A stretch of DNA of 64,000 bases, from NCBI RefSeq assembly GCF_006345805.1, contig NC_042999.1, positions 135,594,001-135,658,000 of the forward strand. Reading direction: 5' to 3'. How positions within the stretch are numbered: position 1 is the stretch's first letter; every line of letters begins with the position of its first letter. A model generated the notes under the pieces. That model was not told the origin of the DNA. It searched no databases and saw only the letters and a list, made by a program, of their open reading frames with translations. Source of the DNA: Octopus sinensis (lineage: Eukaryota). The position numbers and the translations under genes were made by a program. Shown here piece by piece: positions 1 to 12,623 of this stretch.

Positions 1-76
1 CATAGTATTGCTATGTAAAATTTGATTTGATTTGGTTGAGTCGTTTGAGAAAGCATTGGGAACAGAGATACACACG

Positions 77-204
<128 letters not shown>

Positions 205-1018
205 AGTTACAAATAAAATTCATCGTTGGTGCATGAAATTATCGACACAAACCAAACTTGCTAGTTTGCACTTCCTTATTATCACTATGCTGTTGCAGGG
301 ATTCGAGCACCGACCGCAAGATATTCAGTTAAGGATCACAGGAAGTCACCACAATTTCTCGTGGTTGATTTATAAATCAACCAATCAGCGTGAAGCTGTG
401 AAGTGATATGGCTCCTCGATTGATCTAAAATTTGTCCCCTTTTCACCCTATAAAAACCGTTAATTCGTAATAACTATATTTACCCATTCGATGACTCTTC
501 CCTCTACTTTCTGAAACGCTCTCACTCCATCACACAACAAATTAATTTAGATATTCATTGTATTTAATCCAGTCCGATTTATGTTGAGACACTTCAGCTA
601 TTTATGTTGACTATCCGCATTCCTTGGTGTTCCAATCCAGTTTTATATGTAGAGGAGACATATAACCTGTGGTGTATGCGAGAGATTCGAAATAAAGGCA
701 CCTACCTTCTCTTCGCTCAGACGGAGACCTTTCAGCGGTAATGGATCCTTCAACGCAGCCCGACCCGAACACTAGAAATAGCAGCTGCTTCTCCCCTACC
801 TTGACAACATGCTCACGCGTCTTACTCCCTCGGTGACATCGATCGAAAAGGCCGAATCCTGCCCTGTCTGCGCGCGCGTCACTTCAGCCCCTTCCGGTCA
901 GCTCCCCAGCTGCTGACGTCATCCCACACGCCACCCTGATCTTAAAGATCACAGTCTCTCTACTCCGTGTCGTAGTCCACCATCCAACTGGGAGGGTGCC
1001 TTGCGCGTCGAGATCTTC

Positions 1019-3764
1019 TCAAGCTAGGCACCTCGTTCTCCCCCTCTCCACAATCGTCGTCCGACGAAGCGATAATCCTGCGAAGGTCCAAGACGTTTGC
1101 AGTATTCCATCCACGGAGACGTTGTTTCTGGAATTGACTACCATCACCGTTCCTCTGCTCCATTGAGACGTACAGCGCGCCTTTGGTGGCTTAACCCAGA
1201 CTTCCTCCCCTATTTTCACGCAAGCGGGTCCCTTCTCTTCCGCGTGGCCCTCCGGCGCTTTACTCGGGTGTCTCCATTCATATTTAAATACAGCTCTCTG
1301 TGGCACAGATTTTTCAGCTTGTCCGGATCGGAGAGACAAGTTGTACCAAAAAACTGCTTCAAGCGGCGAAATGTGCCCGCTTTCCGCTATAGCCTTGACT
1401 GTCCGATGGTGCCTCTCTACGATCCCGTTACCGCTCGGCCTATACATAGCTCTAAACAAGCGACGCACCTTCCACCGGTCGAGCATATCCCTGAATGTTT
1501 CCGAACGAAACGCTGCCCCGTTGTCCATTAGCAATTCTTCCACGGGACCTATCTCTAAAAATATCCCGTTCAAAATCTGTACAATCTCGTCAGCAATGCC
1601 CGTTCTCAACTCCCTCCAAATAGCCAGTCGACCATGGAGAGATACATTCACTGACGGTAGTGCGTCACATCCACAGCTAGCATTTACCAGTTGTGCTCCA
1701 CCGAAAGGTTTCCTTGCTCATGCCCACACGGAGCAGGGTCAATGGACTGACACCTGTCGCAGCTCCCGACCACTTTCCGGATGCTTCTAGTGACATTAGC
1801 ATCAATTTTCTTCGCCAGATACAGGGTCCTGTCCACACCCAAGTGATGCATAGCATGCAGTCTCTTCATATCAGAGTCATCCAACCGACACGCCGCAGCT
1901 ATCCCTTTCCGAGCCTCCTCCGGTTCCTCCAACCACGCCCTTTTCACCCTGGTCAGTGCGTTCGCCTTGTTTTTCTCCGAAGGCACGAAAACTACGTTCA
2001 GCTTCAGTCCGAACTCGGCAATCAATTCTCCTAGAACTCCTAGACGGCGCTTCACCAACATCTCCGCGGTACCTTTCGTCCGGACTCTCCTTTCACCGGT
2101 AATCACCGATCCTACCCAGCCAAGCACAGTGGCCGAATCCGTCCGGATTTCAATTGTGCGTAGCCCCCATTTCAGGGCCAAGTTCACCCCTTTCAGCACC
2201 GCGTCTAATTCGGCGACATTGATGTGGTTGAAGTCATCTGCTTTCCGAAGCCAGGCCGCGTCCTCCACCGCAGCGCCTTCGATCGCCAACACAACCCCTA
2301 TCGCTATACTGCTAGCATCACATCAGACGGTCCCGCATTCCGTCTTGGGCACGTACCAGTTCCCTCTGACCGGGTCTTCCGCTCTCGTCCTCTCTAGGAT
2401 TTACTGCATCATCGCCACCTTGTCGCCCCAACTCTCCCCCTCCCTCGTCTCTTGGTGTAATTGCACGCCGTGCGCAGCCATCCAGCGATCGGGTAGTGAC
2501 CGACCGACTTCCCACACACCGAGAACAGCTCTCTCCTGCTGACGCTGGAACTCAGCTCTGGGATTTCATTCCCTCTCCGGAACACCAACTCACTCGATCT
2601 ATCTCTTCGTAGCTTCATCCCCAGTGCAGCTCCCACTTCCATCGACTCCGGTGGCTTCGCAATCAGTCCGAACTTCTCCAGATGTCTAACTACCTCGTTG
2701 GCTGGCACTACAGTTTCGTCCACCAAAATGTCAATGTAGGAACTGGTGGCCTTTCTAATCTTGCCGTCTTTCCCTAGGACGGACTTAAGCACTGCCGCCA
2801 TGATCTTCGGAGCGGAATTCAGTCCGAAACCCAGCCTGGTTAAACAGTACGTCCGGCCTTTGTACCGCACCAGCTGATATCGCCACAGTTTGTCGCTCAC
2901 ATGGAGCTGCAAGTATACCGATTTCAAGTCGACAATCGTCGCTGCCTTGGTCGACTGTCTCCACGCACGTAACGCCTCGCCACAAACGTCTGTCGCCTCA
3001 CCTCCCGTGTGACACGATATATGCTGGTTTAGCTCCCTGAAGTCCAGTACCGGTCTGACTTTTCGCTTCGTAGGCTGCACCACCGCCATCAGGGGTAGTA
3101 CTCCTCTCGTTACCTCCTCCTCACAAGGGACAAGGACCCCTTCCTCGATCCACCTTTCCACCTCGTCTTCAAACTCGACCCTGGCGTGACCTTTCAGGGT
3201 ATGCTGGTAGCAGCTCACTCTGTTTTTCAGCATCGGGGGCTCGTCCTTCCATCGCCACTCTATCGTCCACCGCCTGAAAATCTTTGTCCTCGATGGTGTA
3301 AGCGGCGCAGTCCCTCGCGAGGCTCTTCTCTCTGGCGATCCTGACTCGCAGTGCACGACGCCCCCCACGCTTCTGAACGTGACCTCATCTCCCACAATAC
3401 TGACGCCACCGAGGCGGTTGATGGCGTCCATCCCCATCACCACATCAACCCCGTCTATCACGCGTTCAGTCACAATTACCTGCAGCCTTAGCGTCGCGCC
3501 TCGCACCACTATCTCTACCTTGTTGCTGCCTTTGCAACGGATTTCGCTGCCGTCGACCGCCTGGACGCTACTTGCCCCATTCCATTTCTTCGTTACCCTT
3601 GAAGTCACAAGGGTGGTCGTGCAACCCGTATCCACGAGGGCCTTGAACGTCTTCCCCTCGGCCACGACATCAATTAATGGCAGCGTCTCCAGAAGCGACT
3701 CTACTCGTTTGCGGGGAAAGTTCAAGAGGCAGCAACTTCCCCGCGGTCGTTTCCCTGGTCGCAA
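1019..3764 (-). pseudogene. Gypsy pol (protease, RT, RNase H, integrase), frameshifted
   Basis: LVDTG protease; RT VDLKS..Q, GFGLNSAP, YID-ILV (one Asp of YxDD missing); RH CDAS/ELDA/TDS; integrase VDVTHY, MDNG, NGIVER. Confidence 0.92.
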
Positions 3765-4465
3765 TCACAGGCGATGTGCCTTGTCTGCCTGCATCGATAG
3801 CAAACGGGCCCCGGTTGCGCACACTCCCTCGCCATGTGCGACCCCTGACATCTAAAACACCGACCTGAGAACGGCCGCTGTCGTTGCACGGTAGGCTTCT
3901 GCACGTCTTTCTCCGGCCGTCATCCGTCTTTACGCATCTCCGTTACCGCCATCGCTATCGCATTCCGCCCAGTGTTTCGCGTCAACAGGCGGGCTTGAGT
4001 CACAAGTTCGCTCAGCGCCATCTTTTTACTCCCGGGCAATTGTTGTAGGTGAATCCCTACGTCGTCGGAGAACCCATTTACGAACGCCAGTCGCGCTACT
4101 CTCTCCAGCCCTTCTCCTGTAAACCCAGCCAGCGTGGCTAACCTTCGAACTTCTGCAGCGTATTCGTCCACCTGTCCTCCCGTCCATCTAATCGTACCCA
4201 GCTTAGCAAAAGCTGAATACTCACACTCAGTGTAAGCATCTCTCAGTCGTTGCTCTATCATCTCCTCGATCAGACGTTCTTCCTTGTCCATCTCAAGATA
4301 TAGCGTCAACGCGCTCCCTTCCAAATACAACGCCATAAAACTTGCCACAATGCTTATGCCTTGCAGTCTTGCCACCAGCCTGATTTTATGTATCTAGGCC
4401 ACTACATCGCTTTCACCATTAAAGGGTCTGATAATATCGCTGGCGATCCTGATTTTCGCTGCCAT
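3722..4465 (-). pseudogene. Gypsy gag with two zinc knuckles, interrupted by stops
   Basis: ATG 4465 (MAAKIRIASDIIRPFNGE), premature TAG; CFRCQGSHMAREC and CYRCRQTRHIACDC. Confidence 0.85.
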
Positions 4466-4511
4466 CGTGGTGACGTCTTATATGGAGCGCCGAAATAGCT
4501 TGTGGTGTACG

Positions 4512-4933
4512 TGTAGTGATGCTACTGTGTAGGGTTCAGCGCGCATGCGCAGAATGGGACTACTTCCGGGTGGCCACCGGAAGTCTTCCCCATGCGCATG
4601 TGCGGGAAAACGTTCCCTCAAGCCCGCCAAGCTCAAATCTCACTTCGGCTAGACAGCATTGCGATCGGACGTGCATTCACAGGCTCTGACAACCACTCGT
4701 GCTACGACATAGCGCCAACGACCATCAACCAACTTCAACAAACTAACACGAAGCTGTATATCAGAGGCTGTCTTTCTCCCACCAGACACACGTACAATAT
4801 CGCAATCAATAAACCAGAACTACTGTCTTTTACCTTCAACCTGACTTCGTCTGCATTGTTTTATAAAATTTATATGTGACTAGATCGGATATCGACACCC
4901 TTTCAGTGGAGCGATAACAGATCCTTCGTTACA
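4512..4933 (+). mobile_element. Solo LTR nested in the 5' LTR of the Gypsy element
   Basis: TGTA...TACA ends; 4-bp TSD TACG (4508-4511, 4934-4937); removing it restores the LTR seen at 668; AATAAA on + strand. Confidence 0.93.
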
Positions 4934-5321
4934 TACGCGAGAGATTCGAAATAAAGGCATCTACCTTCTCTTCGATCAGACGGAGACCTTTCAGCGGTAA
5001 TGGATCCTTCAACGCAGCCCGATCCGGACACTAGAAATAGCAGCTGCTGCTCCCCTACCTTAACAACATGCTCACGTGACTTCGATCGAAAAGGCCGAAT
5101 CCTGCCCTATCAGCGCGAGCGTCACTCCTGCCCCTTCCGGTCATCTCCAAGTTCCAGTCAGCTCCCCACCTGCTGACGTCATCCCACATAACCAAAGATT
5201 GAAACTTGAGTCTTTGCGTACGTTTCCTTAGTTCACTAAATGTGTACTTAAAGTTCATTCGCTTAATTTGTCCGAAAGTCGCCAATATCATAGATGAAAC
5301 TGGGGCGGAACTATATAAACC

Positions 5322-5788
5322 TGTAGTGACGCTACTGTGTAAGTTTCAGCGCACATGCGCAGAATTGGATTACTTCCAGTTGGCTACCGGAAGTTTTCCT
5401 CATGCGCATGTGCAGGAACTGTAACCTAAAAGCCTGACCGCAGAATCGGCCTTTCTGGCATGAGCAGTGCTAGCGATCGGACGTGGCTTGACTTTCTCTC
5501 AGGGAACAATCCTACACTCAAAGAACCTCACCCCAACGAAGCGGGAGCGAACCGACGAATCGTCTTGACTCGCACGAGAAAGCATCGCAACCGGTCCTGC
5601 GGATTCGGCGGCCAGTTTCCCTACTAGAGATACACGTGCACTAGTTCTTACCTGTAACCGCAGAATAAACCACCACTTACTGTTATCGAAGACCGCCTGA
5701 CTTTGTCTCCGTTTATTCAACTTAAATTGTATGTGACAGGATCAGATCGGACACTCCTCCAGGGTTCCTGAACTCTCATCCTGTTACA
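5322..5788 (+). mobile_element. Second solo LTR related to 4512-4933
   Basis: TGTA...TACA ends; 4-bp TSD AACC (5318-5321, 5789-5792); first ~100 nt and part of the 3' end shared with solo LTR 1. Confidence 0.92.
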
Positions 5789-6249
5789 AACCTAATTCAC
5801 TCTAATTACATTGATCTAATTAAGCTTTGGGCCAAGTATTTATTTGCGATCCCCGTGAAAAAAAATATAGTTTCCTTCCATCAGAGAACATTGCACCATA
5901 ACTAGTTAAGAAGCTTTTTCCACGTGAACCTTGAAATATTTATTCAAACGCTTATTGGCAGATTACTGTAAGGTTACTAGACAAAAGAATTTTACAATGT
6001 GAATCGTCTGTTATTATAATACAAACACATCTTTCCAACTCGTCACAGCTGTGCTTATTTACGTGACAATTAAATAAAACTTGGAATAAGTTGACTACCT
6101 TCCATCACTACCCCCAATAAATATCTATGTTGCACCTGGGGATCCCTGTGAATCATGCAGTCTTTACAACAATCAGACTTTCTGCGAACACTCCGTCCAA
6201 CCTATATATCATACAGTACACAAAACATCGATACCTCCATTTGCAGATA

Positions 6250-7500
6250 TAGCAACTACGCAGTCAGCAATTACTTTAAATGTACCTAAAGGATCCTGCT
6301 CTATTGATCGCACACATCGAAACACAGTTTGTTGCGAATCGGATCGTTAGCGATGCGACCCAAACGCTTCGCCTTCACCTTACATTATCGTGGAAGTTCG
6401 TGACTTGGTGATGGCTACGCTCAACATAGTCCCGTATGAGATGCTATGAAAGAGACTCATAAAACACACTTTCGTTTCACAGCATTAAATGGACCTCGCC
6501 AACACCTAATAGTGGAAGAACTGGGTGATAAGAAACCGTCACAGCTCCTATGACGAATGAAACTCCTTAAAGAAAACACACTTCTAGGTGAAATATTTAA
6601 ACAACCATTCCTGAAGTGACTTCCTTCTATTATGTGTCTACTAAGGAGTTTACATTGCCGAGTTGGTGGACAGAATCGCAGAGGGTGCAAACTCTTTTTT
6701 CAACTGAGACTCAGATTATACCCACCATACTTCCACAAATCTTTTCGGTGATAGAGCAAACCGTACAGATTCCACGATGATGGCGCAAGTTCAAGCATTG
6801 TCACCTCACAACACATCTTGGTGCAGAAATAGCCGATCCTGGTGTTTAGCTCACCGGCATTCTTGAAATCCCAGTTACTTATCCAGCAAGTACCATTGTA
6901 GATTCAGCATGTACACTCGCTATTGAGAATCATTTCGTTCTTTTTAATTTTTTTTTTTTTTTTTCAAAAGACACTTCTTTCTTTCCGGAATACAAAACAG
7001 CCAGGGTCTAAAGGCAATAAGTGCGCCCGGCTATCATTAACGACCGTTCCAGAGCAGTCGCTTTTTAGGGAAGCGGCACAAGCGCCGAAGTTAGCATTAA
7101 CCAGTTTCTGTTTATTAGAAAACCCGTACAAAGTCTATATTTTTGAAGGTCGATCTGATGAGGGCATGCAACCAAATTCCTGTCGAGTCTGCAGATATTC
7201 CATAAACGCGATTACTACACTTTTTGAATTGTTTGAATTCCTATTTTGATCTACGTAATGCTGCGCAGATATTCCAGTGTTTTATCGATACTGTGACATG
7301 CGGTTTGCCTTTTCTCTATCCATGTATATCGATGGTTTTCTGATAGCAAACAGTACTGAAGACGAACACAAAATAGCATCTGTATCTGCTTTTCGGGTAC
7401 GGCATCATTATTAGGTCCAACAAATGTGTATTTAGAGGTGTCTTTGTCATTCCTCGGACACATCATCAACAAGGAACTTGTAGCAGAATGTATTGACAAA
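6250..7500 (+). mobile_element. Older, heavily decayed Gypsy gag-pol relic
   Basis: gag-like EVRDL...PYE..K..LI...EELGDKKPSQLL; RT-like DLMRACNQIPV, FDLRNAAQIFQ, YIDGFLIA, FLGHII across frameshifts; boundaries approximate. Confidence 0.8.
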
Positions 7501-7620
7501 AGCATAAATGACAAACAATTCTCTCTCCCTTTTATTTATAGTTGTTGTTAGAACGTAGCAGAGAACACTTGCTCTAAAGATCATGTTTTAACTATTTGCT
7601 CTGATATATGGAATATATGG

Positions 7621-7820
7621 ACAAGGGGGTGCTGAAAGATTCCTGGCTTTGGGTAAAAGAAAATACAGTTATGATTTTATTCAACATTTCCCTCTCAGAT
7701 TCACACATTTATTGCAGTGGTTCTTCAGTTTTTCTAAGCCCTGTAAAAGAACTTGGAAGGTTGGGCCTCCAACCAGGTTTTTCATAATACCCTTAAAGCC
7801 AAGAACTTTTCAACTCCATA
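7621..7820. mobile_element. Mariner-derived MITE
   Basis: Terminal inverted repeats (AGGGGGTGCTGAAA..TTCCTGGCTT); homologous to 44134-44350. Confidence 0.7.
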
Positions 7821-9690
7821 TATAGGCGGTGCTCCAGCATGGCTGCAGTCAAATAACTGAAACAGGTAAAAGAATATAGATAGATAGATAGATAAAATTG
7901 TTGAAAATGCACAAGAGAATTATTTTAATCTTTTTAGACAAATTAAAGAGAAAAATCAAGTATAATATTTTAACTTAATTTGTCTAAAAACACTACAATA
8001 ATTCTGTTGATGTTACTGTTTTCATCCATATTTTATTTATACAACACATGTACATAAACCTCTAACCGTTTTTTACTACACACATACATCACCATCATCA
8101 ACATTTAATGTCTGTTTTACATGCTAGCATGAATTGGATGGCTGAACAAGAATTGGTAAGGCCAGGGGCTGCACCAGGTTCCAATCTGTTTTGGCTTGGT
8201 TTTTCTACAGCTGGATACCCTTCCTAATGCCGAACCACCTAACATAGTATTCTAGGTACTTTTTACATGGCATCATCACCAGTGCTTTTTATGTGCCACC
8301 AGCACCCATGCCAATGCTTGTTACATGGCACTTTGATTTTAGGATCCCAATTCAATTCTGGTGTAGTGGGTGGGTCTTCTTGAGTACAGCAATGCACCAC
8401 ATATCTCAGTCCTCTGTCACACACACACATATTTGCATATATCATATATATATATATATATATATATATGCAAATATGTGGATTTGTATCCATTTGACTA
8501 ACCTATAGTTTATAATGCCTACACTGTAAGCAAATATTCTCTTCACACAGAAAAATAGGGCTGGTTAGCTACTTATTCATATATACATATGTGGCACTAG
8601 CCCATAAACGCATTAATACATAGCCCAGTTTTCAATTTCCAATAAAAAAACAAGTGTATTACTTGTTTAGGAAAATCTTGAATATCACTTCTATTTTCCT
8701 TTCTTTATGAACCTGAAGCTAATTTAGGCATGATTGTATTCATGTTTCATGAGGAAGAAATACCCCATGGTTTATGAAGCAACTACTTTGTTTGAAAGGT
8801 TTAGATTAGAGTTGCTGTAGTAACTAGGCCCCTTGATTTTTAATTCTTTGCCTGCCCTGTGTATCACCTCTGATATACAGGTCATATTTCCCTTGTATAT
8901 TGCATTATATATGATACACATTCCCATTTCATTTCAACTTGCAGAGTACCGTGAGACTTATGAAAGGACAGCTTTACATTACTCAAAACATATGAAACAA
9001 GGGCTAACTAAAAGTCTGAAAACAAGCATGGATGGTTAAGACAAACTTATGAAAATGCTCTGGACAGGCAGTGTTAAGGCTTCCTCAATGACCGATGATG
9101 ATCCTTCTAAAAGATTAGAAATCCTGAGTCTTTGAATTCACTTTTGCTATATTTCTCAAAATAATATGTTAGTTTCCTTTCAAATAATTCTTTATTAATG
9201 TTTAATACTCAGAATATTTTTTAAATACCAGAACATAAAGATAATATTGCAAGTGAAATGTGTCACCTGTCTGAAGAAATTGGTTGGTTGAGTTTCCTGT
9301 GCTTGATAACTCTGTAGAATCGATGGTAGTTATAGGTGAAAGAGGCATACAGGCAAAAAGCAAGTTATCCAAAGACAACCTCAATCAATCACCTCTGCTT
9401 GACCAAACACAGATGTTGTCAATCATAAATCAGCCCTGAGTAGAACTATAACCACTGTTCCTTATTTTTTTTTTTAACAGGAATAACATCGTACTCTGTA
9501 CTATGTTAATTAATGTGTCTTACCTTATTTTTAAAGATGGCTGAGAATGATTTGAGGGAAGTTTGATTGTTATTTCTAGCTACCTGAGCAGAGAGACTCC
9601 CTCAGTGACACACTAGCACAAGATAGATGTTTGAGTGAAGCTTTAGTTCATTATTTTACATCTTAAAATATCTTAAAATTTTTTATTTAA

Positions 9691-10135
9691 CCATTTCGTT
9701 ACCAACCCGGCTGAAACCGGCTCTAGCTCTGAGTAAAAATGTCTTCTTTTCATAAGTTTTGAATTAAAATCTTCCACCAAACCTTAGTCACAATTTATGT
9801 TCCTATCACTAGCTTAATGATAACTAAATTATTTTGCTATATTCTTTGTTATATTTAACCCTTTAGTGTTCAGAATACTCTGTTAAATGTAATACTTTTT
9901 CACTCAAATTGTTTTGAATTAATCATGCATTATCTTATAGCTTTGAGGTTTCAATGATGTGATTGTTTATTTTCAGAATGGCATTGTAGGTTAGGAGTGA
10001 GAGGCTAGATATTGCCAGTTTGAATATAAAACATGTAGAATATATTGGGCCGGATTTGGCCGGTTTAAACACTAAAGGGTTAAAGTAATTGAAAGAAACA
10101 CAGAGCATCTTAAAATAAATACAGTAACAATAGGG
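9691..10135. mobile_element. TTAA-flanked (piggyBac-type) MITE with a second TTAA MITE nested at 9859-10079
   Basis: Both have CC(C/A)TT...AGGG ends flanked by TTAA; inner family recurs at 12267-12623 and 20807-20968. Confidence 0.75.
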
Positions 10136-12266
10136 TTAAAGACACCATGTAGTTGGTGTGGCTGCTAACATTTCAGGAAGAGACAAATGAAAGCATGGTG
10201 TGAGACCAATGCCATCTAAGTGAATAAAACACACTTACAACAAGGAGTTCAATAGAATAACTAAGATTTAACATACTGAGAGTTTGTCTCTGTGTTAACA
10301 AGAAAAGAGTTCATATTAAAAACAAAATATTTTCAAGGCATTTAATTGCTTTATTTCATCAATAGTTCAATAAATAAATACATTTGTATTAGGAAGATTT
10401 GAATATCAGGTGTCACAGTGAGCAGAAGTGATGACACCTGGTGAAGGAAAATACCAACACTGTCAACATGGCACACGGTCATTGTGATGTTAGGAATAGA
10501 AATCAGTTTAATTAGTAATTGTGATTAGGAAAACTTCGTTAACTTGAAAATGTGTCAACATATGGATTCCAAACCTACAGAAATATTATAAAGTACCAAC
10601 AACTATTTTATGGAACCAGATATGGAGTTAGATCATTGTTAGGGTCCAAAATGACACCCAACTGCCAACAGAAACAACAGGATTAACAGCAGAGAATGAA
10701 TAAAATTTCATTAAAGAAAAAAAATAAGGAAAAAAAAAGTAATGTTACAGAATTGAGCTGTATACCACAACCCAATAATACTTCATTGTAAAACCTTCCT
10801 TTAGTTTGTATAATGTACACTGTGTGTGAGTCAATATTGAAAAGACTATCTCTGAAAGACAAAGTCTTAAAACTTGGCACTCTACTTCTGAGCAAAATAG
10901 CTTTCTGATATTAAAGAAATACACACACACACACACACACACACCACACATATCTTTCAAATCATTAAATCCATCTTTCTCTAATAACCTCATAGATTGT
11001 AATGGATTAAAAAGAAGTAACCTTTCTCACTCGGAGACACCATTTAATTAACATATTTAGGCAGGAAGAGAGATCAAATACTTAAAAGTCTTGAAATGGG
11101 TATTAACAGCTGTTATTGTGTTTTGATAAGCCATGTTAATTGTAGTTTTATAGTCTTCACCAGGGACGGGGGTTAAGTTTTAATTGTTGTAGAAGGATGT
11201 GAAGTATGGTAATTTGATGGAATACTAAACTAGGTATTTTATAGCTAAATGATCAGGAGCTTTACATCCTGATTTGGCTAACTAGGCCAATCATCCTTGT
11301 TAATTGAAAGAACAAATAGCATATGAGAATAATGGAAAAATATCCAGTTTACACTAAACTTACTGATAAATTATTTCTAACATAGGGACAAGGTTACAAA
11401 TCCTGAGAAAAGGTACAGTCAAGCCTGGAATTTGATTGTTATTATTTTATTCACTCCAAAAGGATGAAAGGCAAAGCCAATCTTGATAGAATTTGAAATC
11501 AGAACATAAAAAAGAATGCATCTAAATATTGGAAGGCAGTTAATCAATTGCTCTCCCATTTCTGCCATCCACCACTCAGAAGCCAGTAATGATGATGAAA
11601 AGCAAAACAAGAAAGTATGGATGGATGAATGAATGAATAAATGAATGAATGAATGAATGAATGAATGCAGTAAGGAAGTAACTTGGCAACAAAATGTAAC
11701 TTGCAACTATGAAGTTATACTCAGTTCACCCCTACAACCATTTCATATTGAGAATGAAAGGAAAAGTGATTTGAAGATGAATTAAAAAAATGGAATGTGG
11801 AAACAAGATACTGTGAAATGTATTTAAACCTATTACTGCTGAGTAAAGATCTTTATAGTAAACCACATTTTACACAGATTGGTCTAATGCCAAAAGTAGT
11901 ACAGATTGTTTAGAAAACTGGAATGATGCACTAGCAAAGGATGAATTAGGTGATAATAGTATCAAAGTAATTTAAAACAGGGTTTATTGTATTTCCTTTT
12001 CTGTTTTGCTTTTAATTTAAAATATACTGGCAAATGGTTTCCATACTGAATTATAAGAACAAGGATTAAAGAGTTCCATCAATAAAACTGCAATGTATTT
12101 AAAAACTGGATATATATCACTCAGCTTGCCTTGGCTAATAAGAAATATTCCAGTTATTGGTGGTTAGTATCAGGAAAAGGATTCAGATGAAAACATTTTT
12201 TTCTCTATAAGATGTAACAGAGTATAGTGTTTCCATGGAAACGTTCATAATTAAGTCATTCTTTAA

Positions 12267-12623
12267 CCCTTTAGCATTCAGATTATTATATCATAATGTA
12301 ATGCTTATGCATTCACACTGTTTCAACTTAATCATGCATTATCTCATAACTTTGAGACTTCAATGATGTGATTGTTTACTTTTAGAGTACCATTGTAGGG
12401 TAGGTGTGAGAGTTTGGATCTGGTCATCATCATCATTTAATGCCTGTTTGCCATACTGGCATGAGTTGGATGGTTTGACAGAAGCTGACCAGCTGAAGGG
12501 CTTTTCAGGCTCCCGGTCTGTTTTGGCATGGTTTCTATGGCTAGATGCCCTTCTTAATGTCAATTTGATCACAAAACAGGTAAAATATTTTGGCCTGATT
12601 TGGCCAGTTTAAATGTCAAAGGG
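12267..12623. mobile_element. TTAA MITE with nested RTE 3'-UTR fragment (~12422-12570)
   Basis: CCCTTTAGCATT...AAAGGG ends with TTAA flanks; internal CATCATCATTTAA tail fragment. Confidence 0.7.

Larger units (their letters stand above)
668..5188 (-). mobile_element. Full-length decayed Ty3/Gypsy LTR retrotransposon
   Basis: LTRs 668-928 and 4501-5188 (the latter interrupted), TGTGG...CCACA ends, 5-bp TSD TAACC (663-667, 5189-5193); gag-PR-RT-RH-INT order. Confidence 0.95.

Noticed and set aside
1097-3868. Plus-strand ORFs over the Gypsy element
   Set aside because: Antisense shadows of GC-rich pol.
4489-5060. Self-priming for the large Gypsy element via GAAATAGC in its LTR
   Set aside because: The LTR match is in direct, not inverted, orientation, so it cannot pair with the PBS.
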